Assembly: GCA_002269645.1 (NCBI GenBank)
Contig: NIVC01004887.1
Location: 1-32,311, forward strand
Length of the DNA: 32,311 nt
Reading direction: 5' to 3'
Source: Macrostomum lignano
Lineage: Eukaryota
The notes under the pieces are model-generated. The model was not told where the DNA came from. It made no database searches and worked only from the letters and a program-made list of their open reading frames with translations. Below, in pieces: positions 1 through 10,923 of this stretch; positions within the stretch are counted from its first letter, which is position 1; the number at the start of each line of letters is the position of its first letter. A program made the position numbers and the translations under genes.

Positions 1-674
1 TTGAGCCCTTCGCCTGACGACTGGAAGCACCACCGGCTTTGCCGCCACCATAATCCTCAGCACCCGAAGGTAGACGACTCCAGAGAATAGGAAGGCGTCT
101 CGTAGCGGGAGGACGAGGCGAGGCTCCCACGCATGTTGGATGAAGCTGCCTCCGTAAGCCGTTCCGACACCGACGGGCAATGTTCGATGACAATGATGAG
201 AGATCGCTACGTGACGTGTCAAAGTCTGTGTAACCAGCACCAGCCGTGCCGTAGTTCGCGCCCGCTGGACGAAATGCGACGACTGAGATAGCTAGAGTAC
301 GGGCCCGTATAGGCGTCGTAGGCTCGAGATGCCGCAGCAGCAGCAGCTCCTGTGTAAGGATGGCGAAAGATCCGCGAAGCACTACGAGCCAAGGAGCTGT
401 GTCCGCGATGTGACGCTGTAGTCCGAAGTGCTGCGACCAACGGGCGGTACCGACGGAACAGAAGCTACGGACGGCACCACCGGCTTCGGCTTTAGGTAGC
501 TAACGCCAAAACTTGGCAACGGTGCTGCGCCACTGAGTAGCCGGCGCTTCCACTGCCATAGCGGCTGCCAATGCCGTAGTTCGTGCCAGCGGACATGCCG
601 GTGGAGTATAAAGACGAGCTGGCACCGGACGCGGAGCCGCGCCGTGCGCTGGCCAGCGCCGATGAGCGAAGAGC
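1..674 (-). other. Possible frameshifted exon of a Gly/Ser/Tyr-rich low-complexity protein (runs off window start)
   Basis: Minus-strand polypyrimidine tract + CAG acceptor (cctcacccctctgttccccatacag|g) ends at 675. Related peptides follow in different frames: SASGASSSLYSTGMSAGTNYGIGSRYGSGSAGYS, GANYGTAGAGYTDF, GVGTAYGGS, EDYGGGKAGGASS. No single open frame. Confidence 0.3.
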
Positions 675-3499
675 CTGTATGGGGAACAGAGGGGTGAGGA
701 TTGGAAATTGATCATTTTTGCTGATCTTTTTGCGCTGTAGATTGCAAGGCTAAATGTCATGAAAGGCATTGACTTAACAAAGAATTCACCGAAGTCTTCG
801 CAATTGCTCGTAAAAATTTCTCTGTTTTAAGCGCAGCTTTATGAACACTTCGCAATCACTTACCAGTTATTGACTAAGGGTAGAAACAGAGATATAGAAT
901 CTGTGATCGGTGTGTTCTCCTGGGATTTATCTAGCTGTCTTAACTAAGCCTCATGCTGGTTGAAGAATATTTGACCCAGATTTTTTAGCTTGATGACCGT
1001 TTATTGGAGATGTCAACGGAGAGACAGTTCAAAATTATATACCCAACCGTTGTACCTGCCTCTGGGCTATTGGAGACTTTCGCATGGGAAAAGTGAAATA
1101 TTCCTAGCCGGTAGGAGTGATTTAGTCACTGAAGGTTCCCACTGCGGCCGTTCCATCCCCTCAAGGAAGGGGACGCACGCGTACCGCGAGAGCGCAGAAT
1201 CCTTGAATGTACACTCCTTTCCCCTCAAACATGGCAATTGCTGATCGCCTTCGCTGATGATGGCTGTGCAGAACAGCATCGACATCCACTGCCGTTTCCC
1301 ATAATTTCTCCTTCTCCCTCTACCCGGGATAAGCCAGCCAATGCGTCTCGGGGTAGGACGGGACTGGGGATCTGGCAAAGTTTCCAAGCACCGCACGTTC
1401 GAACCAACCGAACGCAACGCCCACCGAGTTTTCCCTTCCAAGCCGATGCTTATAGTTCAAGGCAGCGGGGAGTGTAAGATATAGGCGGCGTTGGTGATGC
1501 TGGTAGATGGAGCAGATAATCCCAAGAAGCAATTCTGCGTATTGACGCTGCAGTCAAGTCAACTTGCATGCATCTCCGCAGATTCTATTTTTGGCTGCCA
1601 GTTCTGCGCAAGCTCTTGTTTATGCAAAACATTTCTAGTGGTACTATACAAGTCTATTTAGGCCTGAAAGCTTCTAGTATTTCAGCTTTCAACTGGGGAA
1701 TGGGAATAAATGCTGCCCAGAAAGGTTTGACTAACTGACTAGCTTTAGGATGGAAAATTTTATAAAATTTGATTGCTTTTAATACTCATTTTCAGTCGAC
1801 TTAGAAGTTTTTGTCTTCAGGCACTGCTTTTGACACTAGCTTAAAAACTTGTTTTCAGTGGTCAGTGGTCCTTGATTTATAGTACTACACAAGATGGAAC
1901 GCCATTTTCCTAAAGTTTCGAAATTTCGTCTAAAAATCATTTCTATCAAGGCTAAAAGGAGTGAAATTAGTTTAAATCGAATGCTTCTTCTGGATTTTGA
2001 AGCTTTGATTCGAAAATTTGCGAATACTACTTGTGACAGTATGTGTCTTACTAACATAATTTTTCTTATTTAAAGTCTTACTAAGATGTGACCCCCAGAC
2101 AGACAAATGTGACCCCTCAAACCGACTGATTGATCCCCAGACAGAACTGTTGCATTAGACCATTGATGAAATGCGTAGGAAAAATGTGAATGTGCAATGT
2201 TTTCTTAAAAAGCTTACGAAAAGATTATGTTTTTCTCGCAATTTATCCTTGAATTTAATACACCCATTGCCCCATTACATATACGGTTGTGTAGCGTTGT
2301 TCACTCACCGAATCACCGTAGCTTCTGCCGTACATGGTTTCGAAAAATTAGCCACGGATAAAACTTGGACGCTGCTCTTTTCAGGTGCTACGAAATTATT
2401 CTGGACCGAAAATCGAGGAATTAATCGGTAGAAGCGAAGAGGACACGGACGTCCTCTTAGCGAAGGATTTTCTCTCCCTTCAGGTCGCTTTATGTATCAC
2501 GCTGGACCAGCGAGCGATATGCCAGTAACGTTTCCGTCGAACCAGGAAGCTTATTGTACAGTCTTCGATTATGACTGGACGAAGTAACGGGTTTCTGAGG
2601 CTCGTTTCGATGTACACTTTTAAGTATAGTTTTAGCTTGCAGAACAAAATGATGCAGAAAAATTTCTTCAGCAAAACAAAAATATCAGATAGGATTGTAT
2701 AACTGCTAGCCAGAAATGCTTCGGATCGAAACAGAATGCTTTTGTTTAGAAAGTTAATAAAACAAAAATACCAATTTCAAGCAGAACTCTTAACTAATCA
2801 AAGTCTAAATGATTCAGCCTTTCTAGCTAGCTCTGAGAGGTTGTACGCAAGAAGGGTATATATACTGTATGCAAGCATCAATCCCGCATATTCATTCTAG
2901 CGCGTTCGCAAAAAATCAAAGACAAGAGGGAAGTAACACCAATAGAAAGTAGACGGAAACTTCTGGAAGAAGTACGTGTAAGATCGGTAAGACCAAGTGT
3001 ACCTTCGAACACCTCTGTTCCTTCTAACAGATCTTTCTCTTTTCTTCCTCTCTCTCTTCCACTTTCTCTTTAGCATAGAAACTTTGCTGCCGAAAACTTT
3101 CCTAATTTCTCCTCCATGTACCGAAATAGAAGCCAATATGCCACTCTACCTTTACTGAACCCTAACATGTACCTATTCGTTCGTCCGTACTGTAGGCTTT
3201 TTCTGTAGGCATTTACAGGTTTCTATCACACCAATTTGCTTTCTGGTTTGTTGGCTAACCAATCAAAATTATGATTCCATGTAAAAAAGACTACAGTTTA
3301 ACCGCATGTTCGAAGCGTACTTTGACATTTGATGTTACAGGCGCACTCTGCACTGCCACTAGAGGTACTACTGTACCTATACTGATCAATATCAGGATAT
3401 CCATCGATTCTATCTGTATCGATCATATGTGCCTTCTAAGCGAACTTTACAGCTAGCTAAGACAGTCTTCAGAACTTAACTTGTGCTCGGGCTCACTAG

Positions 3500-3905
3500 A
3501 CTGCCTTTCGTTCTGTAGACGGCAGTTCTAGCTGTACTCCGAGGCCTAACTTGACACCAGAAAGCGGCGTTCTTCCTAGCAATGGTCGAGACTGTCCTGC
3601 TGTACAACTCGGCCGGATCTGGATGCTAACGGACTCGCTCAAATAGTAAGTTGACGCGGCGCACACTGGCTTCAAGATCTGCGACGAGTAAGTCAACATC
3701 GCCACACTGCATCGGTCCATTCAAAAACCTGTTGCTCCGTCGGCGACTCCAGCTGGCAGGCAACTTTCTCCGCGCATACAACCGGTGCTACTGACTCTTC
3801 AGGCACCCTACCAGCGAAGACAGACGCGAACTCAGCGTTCTTCCTGCTGGCTGACGCCCCAGATTCGGTCAGTCACGCCCAGACCTTGATGAGGCACGAC
3901 CTGTG
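3500..3905 (+). mobile_element. Degenerate non-LTR retrotransposon (RTE-like) 3' fragment, post-RT region
   Basis: Broken frames give AFRSV, VETVLLYNS..W.LTDSL..VDAAH and LLRRRLQLAGNFLRA, typical of the C-terminal part of RTE-type ORF2. It is homologous by eye to 18230-18500. Confidence 0.75.
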
Positions 3906-5726
3906 AGGCTTCTTTCTTTAAGAACTAACTGACTTGCTAACTTACTAACACTAAGCACGCACTGTTTTACGTTGCCTAGCAAATTTATACATGTACTGTA
4001 CGGGGCTGTCAATGATTTCCTCCATTTTTGACTATTTAAATCTAACTGCCGGAAAAAATATGATGCTAATTTTTTTCATATTGTAATAAAGTAATTACTA
4101 ACTACGCGAAACATATTACTTATCAGAGTGTACCGATAGAACTTTGTACCAAATATGTATTTTTTCAGTTTAAAGTTTGCACTGGACAGTTTTTAAATTT
4201 AAGAAGAGGACAGTCAGATAAGTTAGAAGAGAATAAAGTTGCAAGTTCATGAATTTATAAGCTCAAAAACTTTACTGCTATCCACAGTTTAAAAACTGAG
4301 GCCCCTAAAAAACCGAGATAAAAATTATAAAATAAAGTATGTTGGATCTGAAATTAAATATTAAATAAAAGCAACTGTGTGCTGCACTGCTATTAACTAG
4401 CAAACAAGCTTAACCACAGATAGCAAAACACTAAAAGTTATAGTGCAGGGTATACACTCCTACCTTAAATTTACATCTAGAAACGATAAGCTCGAGAGAC
4501 GTCACTGAAGCAGGCGGATATAACTAACTAGAACACTTGGCTATTGTCAAAACGACCGAGGCAACGAATTTGATTGTGCGCTCCTCCTGCACTGTAGAGT
4601 GCTGTCAGTAACGCCCACGTAACACCAAGTAAAGAATAAATGCACGCACATTTTTCTTGGAATAGCCCAATAAGCACATAAAATCCGTCCCTTTGCACCA
4701 AGCCTGCCAGAGTATAAAACTTTGCTTGGATAATTTAAGCTAAAGAACGTTTACATTTTACGCTCGTACCCTTGCACACTACTGCTGCTTTTATCTACGA
4801 AATCTTGCCAAGCAGCAGGCTGAAGCAGCGCAATTAATACGTACAGCATAGAACGGCTCTTTTTTACAAGTTTCGCAAGGTATAGTTTACTGTTTCTCTT
4901 CTGTGACTGCTTTGTAAAAACTCAAATATAGAATAGGCTCGGATAGAAAGCTGAGCATAGGATTCTAAATGAAATTGAGTTACTTTGATTTATTTAATTT
5001 ATTTATTAAATATTTCATAAGCTATCCTGTTATCACTAGCAACGATAAACTTCCTCAAAATTAATTAAAGAATAGCTCTCCTTTGCCTAAATCTACTATA
5101 AACTGTCAATATAATTAATTATACAATAAGTGTTAAATCCTTAATCATTCAGTTTGTCACAATTGAAAGATGTCGGCCATCGTAGCATTTGAATTTACGC
5201 CCATAATAAGCACTATGGCGCAGTTTTAAGCTGTGGTTTACCTATTTTCTTTTAAAATTCTTATACTTTTGTGACATTGTCACCAATACTACCACTTGCA
5301 ACACTGCTAAATTTGGTAAATAATTTCCATGGCGTCTTTGAGAAGTCTTGATGGGTCGCTAAACCATGTGATAGGGTCTTCTGAACAAATTAATAGCGCA
5401 GTTTAGAGAATATGCAGCTTTGGCCGTCACTTTGATTCAATGATTTTCTGTAGGAATTTAGTTAAAAGTTAAAAAAACTTTATTTGCGTGACTGTTTCCT
5501 TTACGCTGCAGTAGCTCGTAATGGCCGCCACGGATTATGTTAGGCTAAAATAATGACATTATGTACAATGACGTTGCATGATATGCATGATATACATACA
5601 CGTGATTCATGTGCATTCGATTGCAAGTCTAAGTCTTCCGAAACCTAAAATAGGCATAAGTGCTAGTATTTTCGACACATAAAACAGTTTAAAACTATTC
5701 TACGATGATCAACCAACGTTTCAAAC

Positions 5727-5741
5727 ATTTTTTTATTTCAG
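5727..5741 (+). promoter_or_regulatory. Splice acceptor (cis 5'-UTR intron or trans-splice site) upstream of kinase K1
   Basis: tttttttatttcag ends at 5741, 76 nt before the ATG at 5818. An in-frame TAA at 5782-5784 shows the ORF does not extend upstream from this acceptor. Confidence 0.45.
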
Positions 5742-5817
5742 AACCGAGCGAGCGGCTGACTTTTTCTCATAACTCAATTCTTAAAGTGCACGAAAGAGTT
5801 GTAGCTGTCATCTGTAT

Positions 5818-7401
5818 ATGATGCAACAGTCTGACGGCAGTTTTTCCTGTTCTGACATTACAGAGATATCAAATATTCATCCCATCCAGCATTCCCACGG
5901 TATATTTCGCTGCGAAGTGCTTCGAGAAGCCACAAACGGTGGCAGTCATTCTGCAATGAAGTCCTTTGCTAAGAGCAGAAAAAATGACGAAAGAGATCTT
6001 GCAGAACTGCAAAGAAACAGAGATGCATTTAGGCGCGAGTACGAACTTCTAGCAAGCTTCAAGGATGCGAACTCCAACACGGCGCATCCCCACATTGTTT
6101 CGGTCACTGCCTACTTTGAGGTGTATCTCGATTACGGACCGTTGTTTTTGATGGAGCTTGCCGAATGCAGCCTGTTTGACGTCCTGAAAGACGAAGTAGC
6201 CTATCAAACTGATGATGCCGAAGGCAAATACTCTTTTAGCCACTGCATCAGCTTTCTGTTTCAAATTTCTACAGCACTAAAATACTTGCACGGAGGAATT
6301 CGCTTCAACAATGAGGTAAAGCCGGTCATTCACAGAGACCTGAAAAGTTGCAATGTATTGCTGTTTAACCAGGGCAGACTATGCAAGCTTTGCGACTTTG
6401 ACATCAGCAGACCGGTAGAAAATATCATGACTGGAGGCGTCGGAACTCCCGGCTGGAGAGCACCGGAGCTGATGCCGCACAGTTCCGACAGACGGCTGGC
6501 ATACACCGTCGCAGCCGACTGCTTCTCGTTCGGTGCACTCTGTCTGGAAGCGCTGTTCCGCGAAATACCAGATAAAATAGGAAAACCTTATTGTCCTACA
6601 GATTATCAAAGTGCTGACAGTATTATCTACTTCTGCGAGCGTACAAGATTGGTGGCACGTCTGAATGACTCGAAGTTCAAAGATTCTGCCGCCTTCGGCC
6701 TCCAAATGCCGGTAATCAAAGATTTGCTATCGGGTTTGCTTGACGATGAGCCCGATAAGAGAATCACAGCCAGTCAAGCATTTGAAACTCTGAGGAGTCT
6801 CGCTCCTCAAAGCGTCTCTCCTCTATACGGACCAGAGATTCCCCACACCTCAATCGGAGTTGGACAACGCGAGGTTAGTGAACCCATCGTTCTGGAGTCC
6901 ACCGTTGAACATCCGCGCATCAGCACCAGTGAACCGAACGAGTTCGTTTCCGTATTCTACACAGTTAAGCAAGCCAATTCAAATGCTGAATTTAACGATA
7001 ATGACAAGAAAAGAATTCAAAAAGTGATGGAAGTGATGATCGAGACACTGAACACTCTTGCTAGCCCAACTGAAACGCCTTGCACCGCAAACTTCTGCAT
7101 CTGCTTAACCACAGCCGATCTAGCCAATTTGATTCTAGAAATCAAAATAAAACAAAGCAACAAAAACGAAGTATCGGTGCTTGAGTGGTGTCAGAATAAC
7201 GAGAAAAAATGTTCTGAGCAGTTCAGTAAATTTTTTTCAGAAGATCCAATCGTTAAGCTGCAAGATCTGGTATTCGGCATGAGGATTCCCAATCAGTTTA
7301 TGCCCGACGCCGATGTCGAAAGAGAAGACACGCCTGCGCCGTCGATTACGTCAAGAGCTTGCGCATTTCTAAGAGAATGCTTGTGCGCTCATGTGAGTTA
7401 G
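5818..7401 (+). CDS. Intronless protein kinase, TKL group (TAK1/MAP3K7- or MLK-like catalytic domain), with ~190-aa C-terminal extension (K1)
   Basis: 527-aa ORF with AMK (K48), RREYELL (alphaC Glu), HPHIV, LMELAECSL hinge, HRDLKSCNVLL (H172-R173-D174), KLCDFDIS (D193-F194-D195), GTPGWRAPEL and ADCFSFG. YSFSHCISFLFQISTALKYLH resembles the TAK1 alphaE segment. Orthology is not established. Confidence 0.93.
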   Translation: MMQQSDGSFSCSDITEISNIHPIQHSHGIFRCEVLREATNGGSHSAMKSFAKSRKNDERDLAELQRNRDAFRREYELLASFKDANSNTAHPHIVSVTAYFEVYLDYGPLFLMELAECSLFDVLKDEVAYQTDDAEGKYSFSHCISFLFQISTALKYLHGGIRFNNEVKPVIHRDLKSCNVLLFNQGRLCKLCDFDISRPVENIMTGGVGTPGWRAPELMPHSSDRRLAYTVAADCFSFGALCLEALFREIPDKIGKPYCPTDYQSADSIIYFCERTRLVARLNDSKFKDSAAFGLQMPVIKDLLSGLLDDEPDKRITASQAFETLRSLAPQSVSPLYGPEIPHTSIGVGQREVSEPIVLESTVEHPRISTSEPNEFVSVFYTVKQANSNAEFNDNDKKRIQKVMEVMIETLNTLASPTETPCTANFCICLTTADLANLILEIKIKQSNKNEVSVLEWCQNNEKKCSEQFSKFFSEDPIVKLQDLVFGMRIPNQFMPDADVEREDTPAPSITSRACAFLRECLCAHVS

Positions 7402-7849
7402 TATACGAGCGCAGATAACATTCTGTTCGTTACGGATATGTTCTGATTACGGATTCCCTACAATATTTGAAGAGCTACTTCGTATATCTTGTGGAAGTGG
7501 CTAGCTATTTGAGTTTAACTTTAAAAAGTTTGCTAATATGCTAATATTTTTCGTAATATTTGTTGATACTTATTTGTATTTGTATTTCTTATTATGAATA
7601 AGAAACTAACATAATTTTCCTATCAAAAAGCTTTATGAATATCAATAGAGCTATAAGAACGGCACAACATATCAAAAGATGAACACTGGGTCTGCCTCCT
7701 ATCGAAGGCAATAACAATTTTTGTGCTGAAAAATGAAAACTTCTTATCTCCGTAGTGTATTTTGCCTTCAAATTAGTGCCTTCAAAACTTTTACCCATGA
7801 AACATGAGTGTCGCATCCTGTATATACGCCTTGCTTTCGTTTTCCTTGT

Positions 7850-9355
7850 TTTGCAGATAGGAAATTTTAAAGCACACGGATACTTTAATACTTCTGTGCT
7901 ACCGACAGTTGTACACGCTTACAATCGTGGTTGCATAATTTTGCGTCCAAGACGATGATGAATATAGTACTACTATTTGCTCTTTCAATCGTTATAGTAT
8001 ATTTGATTGTTTAAAGGTATGTAAGCAGGCTCTCTCTCTCTGACCTAAAATGTTATCCGTGTGGACTTTTTGCCTGACTATTGACAGAGGAATTGATGCC
8101 TACTATAATTACCTATAAAACTGCCCTCTGTAAATATTAATTATTTTTCTCTAATGTGCATTACCTTTTTTATCAGTTTATTCAGTATGCGGAGTGATTC
8201 CACAATCTCGAATCCTTTTTCGGACTAAATAATAGAAGATGGAGATAAAATTTCAACTTTAGCCTCTAGAATGGAATTAAATACTGCGGCTAAGAATGAG
8301 AATAGCTTACTTGGAGTATATCAATTTTGAGTAATTTTACTTTGGCAAAGAAACTTACGCGTTAACTCGTGAGAGCTACAATTTTTTACTGCTTCATCAT
8401 CTGACTTGAAGATGAAACAATAGTACGACGTCAAGGGGCTACGTCGACTGCTTCTTACAAGCTAGATCACGCCTCAGTAGGCCAAGTGGAAAAGCTATAG
8501 GCAATTGAATGCGTGTAGAGTGTTAAATGCTTAGTAAAGACAGGCCACAGAAGAAAGAGAGAAAGAAAGACTTGAAGACTAGATACGAGCGTAATATGGG
8601 AGAGAGTTATACTCCTCTTCTCCCTCCTCATCTCCTTAAAGAGCAGGAAAATTCCAGCAGCAACCAATATTGATTTTTCCCTAGCATTTCCAAGCCTTGG
8701 CAAAGTCCTCAAATAAAGGCATTATGATGGGAGCCAAGAAAGTTGCAATTTTTACTCAGTTTTTCTACTACTGCAAAGAGGGCTTGTTGCAGCAATCGAC
8801 TTTACTTTACTAACTTTTGCCAATTTCTCTTAACTAACTAGCAGTAGAACTACATGTAGAGGGTAAAGTATCTGATTGCCCACTTGACTAGCGAGAACAA
8901 AACCACTCCATAGTAGACAATTAAGAAAGTTTAAAAGTCTGGACAAAAGGCTGGCAGTATCACGTTTTTGTCGGCATAACTATTTTTCTGATAGATTCGC
9001 TCTTTAAAAACGACAGAGTTACGATCTGAGGTGGCTAAGCTAGGTTTAGAAAAGTAAAGATGGAAGCAGAATGCCTTCTTTTAGAAATTTATTTCTAGAA
9101 ACTTCTGCTCTAACTCTATCTGCGTCTATCTATTAGACATAGTGGAAACTACTGCCAGAAGTATGGGCCAGGTAGGGAGGAGGGAAAGGCAAGGAAGGCA
9201 AGGAGAGACAATGGCGAGTGGCTGTCCTAGCAACCATGCAGCAAAATATTTTACACCCACACGGAATTCCTTCAAAAATGAGAAGTAGAAAACAACTTTG
9301 AGCATCCTACTGAGAGCCCGGAAAGATATTTGCAAGATTGCGTTAAAAATTCCCA
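7850..9355 (+). repeat. Conserved upstream block U1 (5' flank of gene A)
   Basis: Aligns colinearly by eye with 20105-21353 and 31498-32311. Shared words include gcacacg, gtgcagcaacagtt/gtgctaccgacagtt, aatctcgaatc, ctctagaatggaa/ttctagaatggaa, caagtggaaaagctat and agacaggcca. Confidence 0.85.
9221..9234 (+). promoter_or_regulatory. X-box-like (RFX) motif GCTGTCCTAGCAAC upstream of gene A
   Basis: AGCAAC half-site about 120 nt upstream of the ATG; the position is conserved in gene B. Confidence 0.3.
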
Positions 9356-9425
9356 ATGGAGTCAATAATTTTCGGCTTGTTAATGCTTCTGGTCTGTTGC
9401 TGTATTTTCTGGGATGCTGCTCAAG
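9356..9425 (+). CDS. Gene A exon 1: signal peptide MESIIFGLLMLLVCCCIFWDAAQ|G
   Basis: ATG, hydrophobic core, small-residue cleavage site and donor G|GTAAGC. Too short for the ORF track; conserved at 21354-21423. Confidence 0.85.
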
Positions 9426-9626
9426 GTAAGCCAATTGATTTGCATATTAGTGGATTCTGCATTATCTACATGCATGTGAGAAAATACAGATAAAAGATGA
9501 GAGAGTAGAGGTGAGAGATTAAATTAGAGAAGAGTAGAGGAGAGAAGAGGGTGGGGGAGAGAAGAGGAGAGAGAAGCAGGGAGATAAGAGAGAGAGATGA
9601 GAAGAGACAAAATTCGTATACTCTGA

Positions 9627-9733
9627 CCGGGCCGGATTGTTATTCTGAAGTTTCAAAGGAAGGGCTCGACGGTCTGGATACAGAGGCTTACCGGTCTGCA
9701 TGCGGCCCTCGGGCCAGAGTTTGCCGACCCCTA
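9627..9733. mobile_element. hAT (Charlie-like) non-autonomous element end in intron 1 of gene A
   Basis: gggccggat...gcggccctcgggccagagtttgccgacccct resembles the typical Charlie-type terminus. A homolog sits at the same position in gene B, so the insertion predates the duplication. Confidence 0.55.
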
Positions 9734-9884
9734 CAGTCTAAGTGAACATTCGCGCTGTCAGTGACTCATAGCCCGCACAGCTGGTGCAGGCGGTGCTGCT
9801 AATAGGCTTCCTGCCTGCAAGGAGAGGCAGTGACCAGGAGATTGCATATGTGCAGCTCTTTAACGCCCTACAATCGCTTTGCAG

Positions 9885-10193
9885 GATCCTGCAATCCTGC
9901 TCGCTACACGCAGCACAATGGTGTCCTTACGATCAACTCCGGAGTCAGCAGCCAAGTCAGTAACATCTCTGGAGTGGAATCCCTGCAGGGTTGCCTGACT
10001 CTGTGCCGGATGAGGGACTGCGTTGCTCTCGAGTACCGACCGAGCAGCTGTCTTTGCCGGCTGGTAACCCAGCCGGCGTCCTTTCACCCAAGTGGAAGTA
10101 GCGAATCAAAAGTTCTGGGATCGGAGGCCGGCACTGTCGTCTTGAGGCTGGACAGTTTTCGCGATTTCAATGTCACTCACTTTATTTTTAACC
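9885..10193 (+). CDS. Gene A exon 2: PAN/Apple domain + linker
   Basis: Acceptor tttgcag|GA with an upstream tttaac branch-like motif, and donor C|GTGAGT. SGVESLQGCLTLCRMRDCVALEYRPSSCLCRL fits the PAN C-x3-C...C-x-A-x2-Y...C pattern. Synonymous changes versus gene B support this frame. Confidence 0.85.
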
Positions 10194-10734
10194 GTGAGTA
10201 CCATTGCGTCTAAAAAGTTACGATTGTGTGCATAATTAAAACTCGTCTTTCTATTCAAAGTGACAGCAGCATATTGTATGGTATCCGTTTACGCACAGCA
10301 GGTTGGATAGTAACAGAACGTGTATTTCGAAATGTGACTCGTAAGAATTGCAGAAAAATGATTTAATTATGCTTTGCAAGGCACTGGCGAGATAGGCAGT
10401 CTCATAACCTGGAGCATTTGAAGTAACAAGTAGTTGCTAGTGTAGATGGTTGTGCAATTGATTTAATTAGATTGGGGATGAAGTTCTTAACTGATTGCTA
10501 ACTTTGAACTTCTGTGTACTAAACCATGAATGCTAAATTCTGTGGCCACGACTTGAAAGAAATCTAAGATAGGTATTCATTATTGTTCCTATAGTGAATT
10601 TTTAGTTTAAAAATCAGACATGAGCCAACAAACCTAATTTACAGCTTTGTAGCGTCCATTGTGCATACGCTCGTAGATCCAAAAAAGCAAACGATTGCTC
10701 CCTCCAGGGAAAGGACCTCAGGACGGAATAGGGT

Positions 10735-10923
10735 CTATAGAAGAGGGTCTGAGAATGGGTATAGAGAAAGGTTCTAGAGAATGGGTCTAGACAAGAGAGT
10801 CTAGAGGAAGGGTTTACACAGAATTGGTCTACAGAAAGGGTCTAGAGAATGGGTCTAGAGAATGGGTCTAGAGAATGGGTCTAGAGAATGGGTCTAGAGA
10901 ATGGGTCTAGAGAATGGGTCTAC
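10735..10923. repeat. 13-bp minisatellite (TCTAGAGAATGGG)n
   Basis: Six perfect copies at 10841-10918, preceded by degenerate copies. Confidence 0.9.

Noticed and set aside
990-1620. GC-richer segment with several short overlapping ORFs
   Set aside because: No recognisable motif, splice pattern or repeat boundary; possibly a decayed transposon, but this cannot be supported.
6049-6705. Antisense ORFs inside the kinase
   Set aside because: No motifs; expected shadows of a long coding frame.
7380-7401. CaaX prenylation box at the kinase C-terminus
   Set aside because: The sequence ends CAHVS, so the Cys is fifth from the end, not fourth.
9785-9884. LVQAVLLIGFL... read as the signal peptide of gene A (and equivalent ORFs at 21802 and 21917)
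   Set aside because: Out of frame with the PAN domain in both copies. The true signal exon is upstream, with a conserved GTAAGC donor whose phase matches the tttgcag acceptor.
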